From the sequence record OY744514.1: a stretch of 32,000 nt of DNA; one strand, given 5' to 3'. This document shows positions 18,870-29,688 of the stretch, piece by piece; position 1 is the stretch's first letter; every line of letters starts with the position of its first letter. Made by a program: the position numbers and the translations under genes. The notes beneath the pieces were generated by a model that worked only from the letters and a program-made list of their open reading frames with translations, made no database searches and was not told the DNA's origin.

Positions 18870-19240
18870 TTTATTTTACTTTTTTCTTTGCTTCTTTCGG
18901 GATTTTCAAGTTCGCTTCGCTTCTTCTTCTTCTTCGCTCCGCGAAGCGCTCCGAAGGAAGCTTTGCGAAGAAGCGAGGAGCAAAAGAAAGAGCAAAAGAA
19001 AGAGCCAAAGAAAGAGCCAAAGAAAGAGCCAAAGAAAGAGCAAAGCTTCCTCTTGCGCTCCTTCGCTCCTTCTTCGCTGCGCTCCGCATGCGAAGAAGCG
19101 AAGACAGGAAGCTCTCCTTCGGTGCGCTAGCTCTTCGCTCTGCGAAGGAGAGGAGGAAGATGCATAGCTTTTGCTCCGGTTCGCGGAGCGAAGAAAAGCA
19201 AAAGCCGGAGAAGAAGAAAAGAAGCGCGTTTGGAATTTCT
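18870..19240. repeat. SDR block including a 12-bp tandem array
   Basis: gc(a/c)aaagaaaga x5 at 18980-19039, followed by standard modules (cgcatgcgaagaagcgaag, ggtgcgctagc, gatgcatagcttttgctccgg). Confidence 0.9.
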
Positions 19241-20017
19241 CCATTCTAAGCCTTATAAGAAATTAATCAAAATGAAAAATGAAAAATGAAATAAGAAGTT
19301 TATCAAATAAGAAGTTTATACGATTGAATCTTATTTATTTATTACTTTCTTTTCGTTTTTTTTTTATTAATTTTATTTATTTTTTTAATTTAAAATTATT
19401 TATACATACAGATTTTTGCAATTTTTAAAAATTTATAATATCAAACAATCATAACATCAAACAAATTTCAGTATGTAAAATCAGCAAAATCTTATTTTCT
19501 TTTGCTTGCGCAAGTTCACTTTTTTATATTTACACAATGAATAAATCCAAATAATTTTTAATTACAAAAATAAAAAAGCAAATTAAGAATTATATAATAA
19601 TTCTGAAAAATAAATTAAGAAAAAAAAATAATTTTGAAAAATCAAATTAAGTATTGAACTTTTTTTTATAACAAATCCACCCTTAAAAAGGGTCCACTGA
19701 TTCAGTGAGAATTTTTCAAATTTTAACAAATAATAATTAAATTTGGATCTTAAAAAGATCAATAAAAAATTTGATAATTCTTTACTTTTATTTTACTATA
19801 TATTGTTTGAAAAAATTTTTTATTTGCATTTGCTATACAAATGCAAAGCAAAAGAATGAAAACAAATAAACAAGAAAGCAAAAATAAAGAAAAAATATAA
19901 TATTTATATATATTAAGATATAAATCTTAAAGAAATAAAAAAATTTTATTTCTTTAAATATTTTATATAGTTTATCAATTTTTTATTGATTTTTAATTAA
20001 ATTTTACATAAAAATTT

Positions 20018-20566
20018 ATGCATATTTCTCTGTCTTTATTACAAATTTCAAATTTTGGGCTAAATTTAGCTGAAGGTTTTGGTATTAATACAAATATTTT
20101 TGAAACAAATATTATTAACCTTGCTGCAGTTCTTGCAGTGGTTATTTCTTTTGTTGGAAAAAATTTAACAGCTTTATTAGAAGATCGTAAAAAAACAATT
20201 TTAGGCAACTTACAAGAAGCAAGCCAAAGAGCTGCAGAAGCGCAAGAACGCTTAAATCAAGCAAAAGCTCAATTAGAATTAGCAAAGAAAAAAGCTCAAC
20301 AAATTCGAGAAGAAGGTGTTTTAAGAGCAACACAAGAAGTTAATAACTGTGTTTCACAACATGAAGAAAGATTATCAAAACTTGAAGAATTCAAACAAGA
20401 AACAGTACAATTTTATCAACAAAAAGCATTTAAACAAGCTTATATTTATGTGATTTCACGCATTATGAGTAGAGTAAAAGAACGTTTAAATAAAGGTTTA
20501 GATTCAACTTATCATGTAGTTGTAAATAATTTCTATGTTTCAAGATTTACAGAATATAACCCTTAA
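20018..20566 (+). CDS. atpF: ATP synthase CF0 subunit b (subunit I), no intron
   Basis: 182-aa ORF. It has an N-terminal TM segment (GINTNIFETNIINLAAVLAVVISFVGKNL), then a long charged helix (LEDRKKTILGNLQEASQRAAEAQERLNQAKAQLELAKKKAQQIREEG) typical of AtpF. The exact start codon is uncertain. Confidence 0.85.
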   Translation: MHISLSLLQISNFGLNLAEGFGINTNIFETNIINLAAVLAVVISFVGKNLTALLEDRKKTILGNLQEASQRAAEAQERLNQAKAQLELAKKKAQQIREEGVLRATQEVNNCVSQHEERLSKLEEFKQETVQFYQQKAFKQAYIYVISRIMSRVKERLNKGLDSTYHVVVNNFYVSRFTEYNP

Positions 20567-20616
20567 ATTTCTTTCGAAAAAAAATTGTTAGATTTACAAA
20601 TTATCAAATATTATTT

Positions 20617-20740
20617 AACTTGCGCTCCTTCGCTGAGCGAAGAGGAAGCTCCACAACGCATAGCTTTTGCGCGCTCTCGCAAAGCGAAGGAGCAAGCAAA
20701 GCGAAGGAGCGAGCAAAGCGAAGGAGCGAGCAAAAGTAAT
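20617..20740. repeat. Discrete SDR module with both family termini
   Basis: It starts with aacttgcgctccttcgc (20617) and contains gcatagcttttgcgcgctctcgcaaagcgaagg. It ends with gagcaaaagtaatttg. Confidence 0.9.
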
Positions 20741-20937
20741 TTGTAAATCTAATAATTTTTTTTTATATTAAAAAAAAAAATAAAATATATATATAATTCA
20801 ATTTTAATTTTTAATAATTTTAAAAAATTTTTTGTATAATAAAAAAAAGCAAAAATTGATTGACAAATTTAAAACAATAATATATATTAGTAATTAATTT
20901 TAATTAATAAAAATTGTATTTTTTTTTTTACAATTTT

Positions 20938-21100
20938 ATTTACTTTTGCGCGCTCCTTCGGCTTTCTCTTGCGCAAAAGCTATGCATCTTCCTCTTCGCT
21001 CTCCTTATCGCACTAGCGCATCGCTCCTTCTTCGCTTCTTCGCGGAGCGAAGAAGAAGCGAAGAAGAAGAAAGCGAAGCAAGTAAGGAGCGCAAGTTAAT
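20938..21100. repeat. Discrete SDR module in inverted orientation, upstream of rbcL
   Basis: It starts with tttacttttgcgcgctcc, contains gcgcaaaagctatgcatcttcc and cttcgcttcttcgcggagcgaagaagaagcgaag, and ends with ggagcgcaagttaat. Confidence 0.9.
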
Positions 21101-21158
21101 AAAAAACACTCGGATAGATTTTTATAGGATCGACAAGATATTTAAATGAACTTTTTTT

Positions 21159-22586
21159 ATGGTTCCACAAACTGAAACTAGAGCCGGTGCAGGATTTAAA
21201 GCTGGTGTAAAAGACTATCGTCTAACTTACTACACTCCAGATTACGTTGTAAAAGATACTGATATTTTAGCTGCATTCCGTATGACTCCTCAACCAGGTG
21301 TTCCTGCTGAAGAGTGTGGAGCAGCTGTAGCTGCAGAATCTTCTACTGGTACTTGGACAACTGTATGGACAGATGGTTTAACTAGCTTAGACCGTTATAA
21401 AGGACGTTGTTACGACATCGAGCCAGTTGCTGGAGAAGACAACCAATACATTGCGTATGTTGCTTACCCAATTGACCTTTTTGAAGAAGGTTCAGTAACT
21501 AACTTATTCACTTCAATTGTAGGAAACGTATTTGGTTTCAAAGCTTTACGTGCTTTACGTTTAGAAGATCTTCGTATTCCTCCTGCTTACGTTAAAACTT
21601 TCGTAGGACCTCCTCATGGTATCCAAGTTGAACGTGACAAACTAAACAAATACGGTAGAGGTTTATTAGGATGTACTATTAAACCAAAATTAGGTTTATC
21701 AGCTAAAAACTATGGACGTGCTGTATACGAGTGTTTACGTGGTGGTTTAGACTTCACTAAAGATGACGAAAACGTAAACTCACAACCATTCATGCGTTGG
21801 AGAGACCGTTTCTTATTTGTTGCAGAAGCAATCTACAAAGCTCAAGCAGAAACAGGTGAAATTAAAGGTCACTATTTAAATGCTACAGCAGGTACTTGTG
21901 AAGAAATGCTAAAACGTGCACAATGTGCAAAAGAACTGGGGGTGCCTATTGTAATGCATGACTACTTAACAGGTGGGTTCACAGCAAACACTTCTTTAGC
22001 GATTTACTGTCGTGACCACGGTCTTTTATTACACATTCACCGTGCAATGCACGCTGTAATTGACCGTCAAAGAAACCATGGTATTCACTTCCGTGTTTTA
22101 GCAAAAGCTTTACGTATGTCTGGTGGAGACCACCTTCACTCAGGTACTGTAGTAGGTAAATTAGAAGGGGAACGTGAAGTAACTTTAGGTTTCGTAGACT
22201 TAATGCGTGATGACTACATTGAAAAAGACCGTAGCCGTGGTATTTATTTCACTCAAGACTGGTGTTCTATGAGTGGGGTTATGCCTGTAGCTTCAGGTGG
22301 TATTCACGTTTGGCACATGCCAGCTTTAGTTGAAATCTTTGGAGATGATGCTTGTTTACAATTCGGTGGTGGTACTTTAGGTCACCCTTGGGGTAATGCT
22401 CCAGGTGCTGTAGCAAACCGTGTAGCTTTAGAAGCTTGTACTCAAGCTCGTAACGAAGGTCGTGACTTAGCTCGTGAAGGTGGAGATGTTATCCGCTCAG
22501 CTTGTAAATGGAGTCCTGAATTAGCAGCGGCTTGTGAAGTTTGGAAAGAAATTAAATTTGAATTCGAAACTATCGACAAACTTTAA
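21159..22586 (+). CDS. rbcL: RuBisCO large subunit (form I)
   Basis: 475-aa ORF carrying the hallmark motifs [41 protein letters not shown] and [18 protein letters not shown]. Confidence 0.99.
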   Translation: MVPQTETRAGAGFKAGVKDYRLTYYTPDYVVKDTDILAAFRMTPQPGVPAEECGAAVAAESSTGTWTTVWTDGLTSLDRYKGRCYDIEPVAGEDNQYIAYVAYPIDLFEEGSVTNLFTSIVGNVFGFKALRALRLEDLRIPPAYVKTFVGPPHGIQVERDKLNKYGRGLLGCTIKPKLGLSAKNYGRAVYECLRGGLDFTKDDENVNSQPFMRWRDRFLFVAEAIYKAQAETGEIKGHYLNATAGTCEEMLKRAQCAKELGVPIVMHDYLTGGFTANTSLAIYCRDHGLLLHIHRAMHAVIDRQRNHGIHFRVLAKALRMSGGDHLHSGTVVGKLEGEREVTLGFVDLMRDDYIEKDRSRGIYFTQDWCSMSGVMPVASGGIHVWHMPALVEIFGDDACLQFGGGTLGHPWGNAPGAVANRVALEACTQARNEGRDLAREGGDVIRSACKWSPELAAACEVWKEIKFEFETIDKL

Positions 22587-22600
22587 TTTTCTTACTTTTG

Positions 22601-22679
22601 CTTGTAAATTTTATTTACAAGTTCTTTTAATATTTAATAAAAGATTATTACATTTTTATAATAATCTTTTATTAAATAT
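22601..22679 (+). terminator. Two consecutive 3' stem-loops after rbcL
   Basis: The cassette cttgtaaattttatttacaag occupies 22601-22621. A 21-bp perfect stem follows: atatttaataaaagattatta (22630-22650) pairs with taataatcttttattaaatat (22659-22679). Confidence 0.65.
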
Positions 22680-22807
22680 ATTATTTTTTAAACCTTGTTA
22701 AAAAATAATATTTTTGCTATAATCAACTTAAGATAAATTTTTTTATTAGCGCTTCACTTCTTCGCAAAGCAAAGTTGCACTAGCATGACAGCAGAGCAAA
22801 AAAATAA

Positions 22808-22890
22808 GGGCCGATGCCCGAGTGGTTAATGGGGGCGGATTGTAAATCCGCTGGTTTATTCCTACGTTGGTTCGAATCCGACTCGGCCCA
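22808..22890 (+). tRNA. trnY-GUA: tRNA-Tyr (GUA), long variable arm
   Basis: Reads gggccgatgcccgagtggttaatgggggcggattgtaaatccgctggtttattcctacgttggttcgaatccgactcggccca. Acceptor GGGCCGA pairs with TCGGCCC, and the anticodon loop is TTGTAAA. Confidence 0.92.
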
Positions 22891-23449
22891 AAAAAAAATG
22901 AACATATTGTTTGGAAATATAAAATAAAATTTTTAGTTAAAAAGTAAAAAAAGTTAACAGAACTATTACTTAATTTATTGAAAATATTCCTTCTATAAAA
23001 TAAATCTATATTAAAATGTATAGTTTATTTATAATATACAAATACTTTATTTTTATTTCAAAATTTTTAAATAGAAAATTATATTTATTTTAATTTAAAC
23101 CGTACAAACTTTGTTTGGTTTGTATTAGTACATGCGTGGGTTGCTTTGTGAAGAAGTCAATCTTCATTTGACAAAGTGCTTCGCTTTGCGAAGATGTAAA
23201 AGAAAGTAAAAATATTTAAAAATAAAATGATTTTTACTTTTGTATTTAACAATTAGATATTATTCTTTCTTTTTTTTTACTTATTAATTTTTTTTGATTG
23301 ATTCTTTATATTATATAAAATAAATTTTTATCAACTGATTTTGATAATTTTAAATGTTTTTTTTATAATCTATAAATTCATTTACAATAATAAATTGTAA
23401 ATGATGTGAAAGTATAAAATTGTTGAGTTCACTTTTTTAAAATCATTAT

Positions 23450-23890
23450 TTAACTTGTGCTCCTTCGCAGAGCAAAGAGGAAGCTTCTTCTTCGCTTCGC
23501 GAAGGAGCGAAGATGCAAAGCTTTTGCGCGCTCTCTTTCTTCGCTTCACTTCGCTCCGCAAGCGAAGAAGCGAAGAAGCGAAGAAGCGAAGGAGCGAGCA
23601 AAAGTAAATTAAATAATTACTTCTACACATTGTTTGCGCTTGCACTTCGGTCATGCTTCCATCACGCTTTTTCACTCTGCGAAAGAAGCTGCCATGCTCT
23701 TCTTCGCTTAGCGAAGGAGTTAAGAAGAAGCGCAATCTTTGAATTTGCTGTGCTCTGCATTATTAATCTATAATTGACTTTGTTCCTTTGCTTTGCAAAA
23801 GAGTGAAGACAAAAATATTTTGTCTTTTGCTTCACTCCTTCGCTCCTTTGCGAAGAAGAGCAAAAGTAAATTAAAAACTTAAATAAAAAC
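23450..23890. repeat. SDR block made of two or three modules
   Basis: It starts with aacttgtgctccttcgcagagc. Internal termini are gagcaaaagtaaattaaat (about 23595) and the exact 26-nt terminus gcaaaagtaaattaaaaacttaaata (23860-23885). Confidence 0.9.
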
Positions 23891-24371
23891 TTAAATAATA
23901 AATTCAAAATTAAATTAAAAAATCAAAACAAACGATTATTCTACACGGAAATTTATTTTACATTTTGTGGGTGTTTAGTAAATTTTTTCCAAATCTTTCA
24001 ATTCAATTTGTCAATGAAAAATTGGGGAAAATCCTTGATTGTAATTGTAAATTATTTTTTTGCAACTTTGATTTTTTTTTTACTTTTTGCAATAATAAAA
24101 TAGCAAGTTTATTCTTTTTGTGTAAGTGAAAAAGTAAAGAACAATATACAATACAAAAACATCAACAATTCCAAAATATAAATAATTTAAAAAATAAAAC
24201 AAATGAATGTAAATACAAAAAAAGAATATACAAATACAAAGTGAAGAACATTGTTTTATAAAAAAAAAGAACAATAAAATACTTGGAAAAAATCATTTTC
24301 AATTTGAAATAAAAAAAAGAAAAAGGATAATTTCTTAAAATTAAAAAAATAAATTTTTAAAATTATAAAAA

Positions 24372-24764
24372 ATGGCAAAACAAATTCGTAAAACAACCCC
24401 TATGAAGCTAAGAAGACGTGCATATCGTGGTCTTGTTCATATTCAAACAGGTCATCATAATACAATTATTACTCTTACAAATGTACGTGGAGAAGTATTA
24501 TGTTGGAGTTCAGCTGGATCATGTGGATTTAGAGGAAAAAGAAAAGCGACTACATTTGCAGCAAAAAAAGCTGCAGAAGTTGTTGCTAAAAAATCTCGTG
24601 ATTTTCTGCTGAAAGAAGTTAAAATTTTAGTAACTGGTCCAGGACAAGGGCGTGAAACAGCTATTCGTGAAATTTTTAAAGCTGGTGTAAAAGTTAGTGT
24701 TATACGAGAAAAAACTGGTATTCCACATAATGGTTGTCGCCCTCCTAAAAAACGACGTGTTTAA
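24372..24764 (+). CDS. rps11: 30S ribosomal protein S11
   Basis: 130-aa ORF: ..[55 protein letters not shown]...[42 protein letters not shown]. Confidence 0.97.
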   Translation: MAKQIRKTTPMKLRRRAYRGLVHIQTGHHNTIITLTNVRGEVLCWSSAGSCGFRGKRKATTFAAKKAAEVVAKKSRDFLLKEVKILVTGPGQGRETAIREIFKAGVKVSVIREKTGIPHNGCRPPKKRRV

Positions 24765-24944
24765 TAAAATACAAAATTTTACTTTATTGAAATAATAAAA
24801 AAAAAATAATTTTTATTAAGGTTAATAAAAACTTTTTTTTAGGTTTTTGTTAACCTTTTTAGATTGATTGTTTTTATTTTATTCTATATGTAAATAAAAT
24901 GACTTTCTTTTGCTTAGTCAATTTTAAAGTTTGCTTCGTGAAAG

Positions 24945-25260
24945 TAATTGACTTGCACTTCGGAGGAAGCTCCTTCTTCGCTTCGCGAAGAAGCGAAGAT
25001 GCATAGCTTTTGCTCCGGCTTTTGCTTTTCTTCGCTCCTTCGCGAAGCGAAGAACCGGAGTGCAAGAGGTAAAGCAAAAGTAAAATTATATTTTATTTAT
25101 CAATTATTTATCTTCTTTAGTTCGGTGAACTAGCGCTTTGTTTACGCTAGTGCACCGAAGAAGTAAATTCAAAGATAGTTTGCAATTGAAGATTGCAAAA
25201 GAAGATTGCAAAAGAAGATGAAGGTCTTCTTTGCTTCACAAATTGAAGCAAACAAAGTTT
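24945..25260. repeat. SDR block plus atypical hairpins
   Basis: It holds standard modules (gatgcatagcttttgctccggcttttgc). It also has ttcggtgaactagcgctttgtttacgctagtgcaccgaa (a 15-bp stem) and the duplication gattgcaaaagaa x2. Confidence 0.85.
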
Positions 25261-25289
25261 GCAAGTTTTAAAAATTAATTAGATATTTA

Positions 25290-26330
25290 TTAAAAATAAA
25301 TTCTATCAATTTTCACTACTTTTTTGCTGTGTTAATTTATAATACATAAATAATCCTTCAATAGCTGCTTTAAATCTACTAACAATTTCATGTTCTTTTA
25401 ATATTACATAAAATGCCCTTTTGTTTAGTCTTGAAATTTTCTGTTAAATAATTTTTATATATTTAGTCTGTTGGTTACTGTTGAGTATTCTATATCAACA
25501 AAAAGGCCTCAGGACATTCTTTGGTCTTTCATTTTATTCTTTGCTGTTTCATATCTAGTTTTAGCAGCTCTTTCTTGGTTCTTTCAAAATCTAAAATTTA
25601 GGAAGTATGCATAGTCTTTGGTTATGTTCGTCACTTTTGTTTTTTCTATTATTTTGTTTTTTCTATTATATTATAAAGAGTTAGTTATAATATTTCTGTT
25701 CCTAACATCTTTCTCTAGATAAGTTTGTTAATATGATCCAGCCATCTGCATATTGTATATATTTGATTTGATTGGTACTTTCCAATAACTTCTGGCTTTT
25801 GTTCTTTTTTTTAACTAATTTCTAAAACTCTGTCCTATATCATCTGCTTTCTTTTCATCAGTTCATCTTGGCATGCTCCATTGTTTGATTTCAATGTTCA
25901 TAAGCATTCCATAGAAAATATGAATTTGTTAGCCGTTCCATTAAATTGTCAAAATTTTAGTGGACTGCTTCAATCTTTTGTATGATCTTTGGGGGTTGTG
26001 TTAGTATATTTTGCTAAGTTCTCTTCTGTGTATATTTTCTTTTCTTCTAGTAGTTTCTTTTTATATGCTTTTAATTCTTTTTGTCTTGTCTCTTCATCCT
26101 GATTACTTGATGAGAGTTCCACTAAGATGTATGTTTACATATACAAATTTAGTTGATCAAAGGTCAACTAAATGAATGATGGTAAGATCTTAGCCAAGTA
26201 TGCACGACTAATATTGCTTCAGGTTATCAGCATCCATATCTGCCCCTGGTATTAGGTTATAAGAGCTTAGTATCAGTTAATAAGCATATTCTTTTTTAAG
26301 CAGACTGGTATTAAAAACAGTAACGATCTC
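25290..26330 (-). pseudogene. Decayed reverse transcriptase / group II intron maturase-like ORF
   Basis: Minus-strand translations across different frames give four RT-like blocks. IPGADMDADNLKQY* near 26240 is RT0-like (PG.DG). TTPKDHTKD*SSPLKF* near 26000 is a decayed G.PQG...SPLL. KYIQYADGWIILTNLSRERC* has its Y codon at 25752 (RT5 YADD changed to YADG). IEKTKVTNITKDYAYFLNFRF* near 25646-25585 is RT6/7-like (EKT..T....FLGF). The spacing from YADG to EKT is as in LtrA-type RTs, but the blocks are out of frame and carry many stops. The track reports no ORF of 60 aa or more in this 1.2-kb non-SDR region. Confidence 0.55.
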
Positions 26331-26644
26331 TTAAGTTGGCATGTTATTTTCCCCATAGGATTTATCCTAGATTCCTTCTTCTTTTCCTTTTCTACATATA
26401 AGGTAAACCAACCAGATTATCCAGTAACCCTCTGGAGTGTTTAGTTGCAAGGTCCTAACACCCACACAAATGCATAAAGAAAACACTAAAGCATCATTAG
26501 AAATTAAATTTAATAAAAATTAATTTTATATATCTATGTATATATACATATTTGTACAAAAAAGAATTATTTAAGATTAAATACATTTCATAAAAAATAT
26601 TGAAAAATATTTATTATTATTATATAATAATTAAAATAATAAAA

Positions 26645-26718
26645 GGGATTGTAGTTCAATTGGTTAGAGCACTGCCCTGTCACGGCAGAAGTTGCGGGTT
26701 CGAGTCCCGTCAATCCCG
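26645..26718 (+). tRNA. trnD-GUC: tRNA-Asp (GUC)
   Basis: Reads gggattgtagttcaattggttagagcactgccctgtcacggcagaagttgcgggttcgagtcccgtcaatcccg. The anticodon loop is CTGTCAC. Confidence 0.93.
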
Positions 26719-26812
26719 TATTTATTAAATCTTTATTCATTTTTGTCTTTCTGTTTAATTCGTTCAAAATTCAGGTTTTTGAAATTTATTAAAAATTGTT
26801 TTTATCTTTTTT

Positions 26813-27316
26813 ATGCCTCGTAGACCAATAAAGAAAACACGCGTTTTATTACCAGATCCAGTTTATAATAGTATTTCTGTACATATGCTAGTAAACCGTG
26901 TAATGAAAAGTGGAAAAAAATCTTTAGCTTATAAAATTGTTTATACAACATTAAAAGAAATTGGTGAAGTAACTCAAAAAAATCCAGTTGAAGTATTTGA
27001 TGTTGCATTAGAAAATGTAATGCCAAAAGTTGAAGTAAAACCAAAACGTAGAGCAGGATCAGTACAAATGGTACCAAAAGTTTTAAGTTCCATTGAACGT
27101 GGACAAGCAAATGCTTTACGTTGGATTTTAGAATCTTGTGAAAAAAAATCAAGCAAAGGAATGGTTTCAAAATTAAAATCTGAAATTTTAGATGCATATG
27201 AACAAAAAGGAAATGCTATCAAAAAAAAAGAAGAACTGCATAAAATTGCAGCAAATAATGCAATGTATTCAAATCGCCCACAACTTATTTTAAATGTCTT
27301 AAATGCAACTGCATAA
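26813..27316 (+). CDS. rps7: 30S ribosomal protein S7
   Basis: 167-aa ORF: [44 protein letters not shown]...[16 protein letters not shown]...[17 protein letters not shown]. Confidence 0.96.
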   Translation: MPRRPIKKTRVLLPDPVYNSISVHMLVNRVMKSGKKSLAYKIVYTTLKEIGEVTQKNPVEVFDVALENVMPKVEVKPKRRAGSVQMVPKVLSSIERGQANALRWILESCEKKSSKGMVSKLKSEILDAYEQKGNAIKKKEELHKIAANNAMYSNRPQLILNVLNATA

Positions 27317-27357
27317 AACATCCAATTTTATAAATTATCTTTAAATTAAAAAAGAAA

Positions 27358-27490
27358 TTTACTTGCGCTCTTCTTCGCTTTGCGAAGAAGCGAAGAGGAA
27401 GCTCTCCTTCGGTGCGCTAGCTCCTACGGAGAGGAGGAAGATGCATAGCTTTTGCGCTCTCTCGCAAAGCGAAGGAGCGAGCAAAAGTTA
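27358..27490. repeat. Discrete SDR module with both termini
   Basis: It starts with tacttgcgctcttcttcgctttgcgaagaagcgaagag (hairpin at 27368-27397). It contains ggtgcgctagc and gatgcatagcttttgcgc, and ends with gagcaaaagttatttg. Confidence 0.9.
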
Positions 27491-27619
27491 TTTGATTGTT
27501 TATTTTTTGTAAATCTTTGATTATTCAATATTTCCTATTAAGAACAATCATAGATTCCAAATAAAATTTCTTTAATTTAAAATTTCAAAGAAATTTCTTT
27601 AAGTTTTTAATTTATTTTT

Positions 27620-27940
27620 AATTGCGCAAAAGCTATGCATCTTCCTCCTTGCGCTAACGCGTCGCTCCTTCTTTGCTCCTTCTTCGCTCCTTCTTCGCTC
27701 CTTCTTTGCTCCTTCTTCGCTCCTTCTTCGCTCCTTCTTCGCTCCTTCTTCGCTCCTTCTTCGCTTCGCTTTGCGATGCATAGCTTCTGCTCCGGCTTTT
27801 GCTTTTCCTCCGGCTTTTGCTTACGCAAAAGCTATGCTTGCGCAAGAGCAAAAGCTATGCATCGCATAGCGAAGCAAGAGGAAAAGCAAAAGGAAGGAGC
27901 AAACCGAAGGAAATGCGAAGAAGAGCACAAGTTAAAAACT
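27620..27940. repeat. SDR block with an 11-bp tandem array
   Basis: gctccttctt(c/t) x9 at 27664-27762, counted directly. It is flanked by gcgcaaaagctatgcatc, ctccggcttttgc and cttgcgcaag modules. It ends with gagcacaagttaaaaacttaaataat. Confidence 0.92.
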
Positions 27941-28069
27941 TAAATAATTAATACAAATTTATTTCTTTTAATAAATAAAAGAAAAGTTTTATTATTTTAA
28001 TAATTTAAAATTACAAAGTATAGATCTGAGTTTTTAACAAGTAAAAAAATTATTAAATTAAAATAAAAA

Positions 28070-28480
28070 ATGAGTTTACAAATTTCAATTTTAACTCCTG
28101 AACGTCCTTTTTGGAATGGTCAAGCAGAAGAGATTATTTTACCTACAGAAACTGGAGAAATGGGTGTTTTAAAAAACCATGCTCCAATTATTACTGGATT
28201 AGATGTTGGTGCAATGTTAATTCGCACTAAAGAACAATGGAATTCTGTTGCAGTAATGGGAGGTTTTGCAGTTGTAAAAAGAAATCAAATTACAATTTTA
28301 GCAAATGAAGCAGAAGCTGCTGAAACAATTGATGCTGATGAAGCTAAAAATGCTTTTGAAATTGCAAAACAAAATTTAGAAACAGCAGAAGGTGTAAAAC
28401 AAAAAGTTGAAGCAAATTTTGCTTTTAAACGTGCAAAAGCTCGTTTCCAAGTTGTAAAAGTTGTTAGTGGTGGTCGTTAA
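28070..28480 (+). CDS. atpE: ATP synthase CF1 epsilon subunit
   Basis: 136-aa ORF: MSLQISILTPERPFWNGQAEEIILPTETGEMGVLKNHAPIITGLDVGAMLIR...ANEAEAAETIDADEAKNAFEIAKQNLE. Confidence 0.96.
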   Translation: MSLQISILTPERPFWNGQAEEIILPTETGEMGVLKNHAPIITGLDVGAMLIRTKEQWNSVAVMGGFAVVKRNQITILANEAEAAETIDADEAKNAFEIAKQNLETAEGVKQKVEANFAFKRAKARFQVVKVVSGGR

Positions 28481-28487
28481 TTTATAA

Positions 28488-28550
28488 ATAGAATTTCATT
28501 GCATTTTTATTTTATTGAAAACTTAAATTAAAAATGCAATGAAATTCTAT
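28488..28550 (+). terminator. 3' stem-loop after atpE (21-bp perfect stem)
   Basis: atagaatttcattgcattttt (28488-28508) is the reverse complement of aaaaatgcaatgaaattctat (28530-28550). Confidence 0.65.
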
Positions 28551-28982
28551 CTATAAATAATAATCAAATAAATTTTTGAATTAAATAATTCAAATAAAAA
28601 TTACTTTACATTTTTTTTTATTTTTTAAAAAATTATTATTTTTAATAAATTAAAAACTAAAAATATTTGCATCTGCATCTTGTTCAGTGAGCATTGTCAA
28701 TTGTAGATTAACGATGCACAACTCAAGTCTTTGCGCAAAGCCTAATGTGATGAATTAAAAGATTGACTTTTTTTGCTCTTTGCTTCAGTTGCTCAAGGGC
28801 ATCTATGTTAAGGAGCAAAGACTTTGCTGAAGCAAGTAAGCAAACTCAAAGATGGATATTATCAAAGATTTAATATTTTGATTTATAAAAATAAATGAAC
28901 AAATAAATAAAATAATTATTTATTTAAAAAATTGATTTTTTAGTTAATTATGTTATAATATTTTTACATAATACATAATAAA

Positions 28983-29069
28983 GGAAAGGTGGCAGAGTGG
29001 TTGAATGCTCTGGTTTTGAAAACCAGCGTGGCTTTACGGTCACCGGGGGTTCGAATCCCTCCCTTTCCG
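28983..29069 (+). tRNA. trnS-UGA: tRNA-Ser (UGA), class II
   Basis: Reads ggaaaggtggcagagtggttgaatgctctggttttgaaaaccagcgtggctttacggtcaccgggggttcgaatccctccctttccg. The anticodon loop is TTTGAAA. Confidence 0.93.
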
Positions 29070-29296
29070 AAATAAATAGTTTAAATAAACTAAAATATAG
29101 TTTGGAATACTAAAATATTATTTTTTTTTTTATAGATATAAAAATCTATTTTTAGACTTAAAAGTTTTAAACATACAAAAAAAAATAATTTTTTTTTAGC
29201 CTTACTTAAAAAAAAAAAAGTAATCTAATCTAGAAAAAATATATATAGATAAAATTACTTTTTTTTAATATATAAAAATTTTTTTTTTGAATTAAT

Positions 29297-29370
29297 GGGC
29301 GAACGACGGGAATTGAACCCGCGAATGGTGGAGTCACAATCCACTGCCTTACCACTTGGCTACGCCCGCC
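29297..29370 (-). tRNA. trnH-GUG: tRNA-His (GUG) with an encoded G(-1)
   Basis: Reverse complement is g-gcgggcgtagccaagtggtaaggcagtggattgtgactccaccattcgcgggttcaattcccgtcgttcgccc. The anticodon loop is TTGTGAC, and G-1 lies opposite C73. Confidence 0.92.
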
Positions 29371-29688
29371 ATATTTTAGATATCTTATTAAATATTTATA
29401 AAACAAATATTTATAAAATAATTTTAACATTTTATTTTATAAAAATAAAGTCTAAAAAGTATAGATAAATATCTTTAAAATATATTTTTTTTATAAATAA
29501 ATAAAAAGCAATTTAAACTCTATATTTCCAATATAGATTTTTACTGAAATAATTATTTTAAATTTTGTTAGAGGGGGTTCTTTATATTGGCGTAAAAAAA
29601 AATATTCAAAACTTCAAATATAAAATTTAAAGTTAAATAATTTTTTTTTTAATAATAAAGTATAAAAAATTTTTTTATATAAAACTTT

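Noticed and set aside
19993-20333. Minus-strand ORFs 19993-20208 and 20142-20333; likewise 26811-27321 (two ORFs) and 24418-24612
   Set aside because: They are antisense or alternative frames of the well-supported atpF, rps7 and rps11 genes, and the peptides are low complexity.
20861-20889. TTGACA-17 nt-TATATT, about 300 nt upstream of rbcL, as the rbcL promoter
   Set aside because: The hexamers are plausible, but the region is so AT-rich that -10-like hexamers are frequent. A full SDR module lies between the box and the ATG. I leave it unannotated until transcript 5' ends are mapped.
24080-24274. 64-aa minus-strand ORF (MFFFFIKQCSSLCICIFFF...)
   Set aside because: It lies in AT-rich spacer, the peptide is F/I/Y-rich low complexity with no recognisable family, and no ribosome-binding context is present.
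26463-26467. GTGTG on the minus strand, upstream of the RT relic, as a possible group II intron 5' end (GUGYG)
   Set aside because: A 5-mer match is weak evidence. It lies only about 200 nt upstream of the RT0-like block, which is too short to hold domains I-III. No upstream exon and no downstream domain V/VI could be recognised.
29230-29430. 66-aa minus-strand ORF
   Set aside because: It reads through trnH-GUG, and its flanks are AT-rich spacer.
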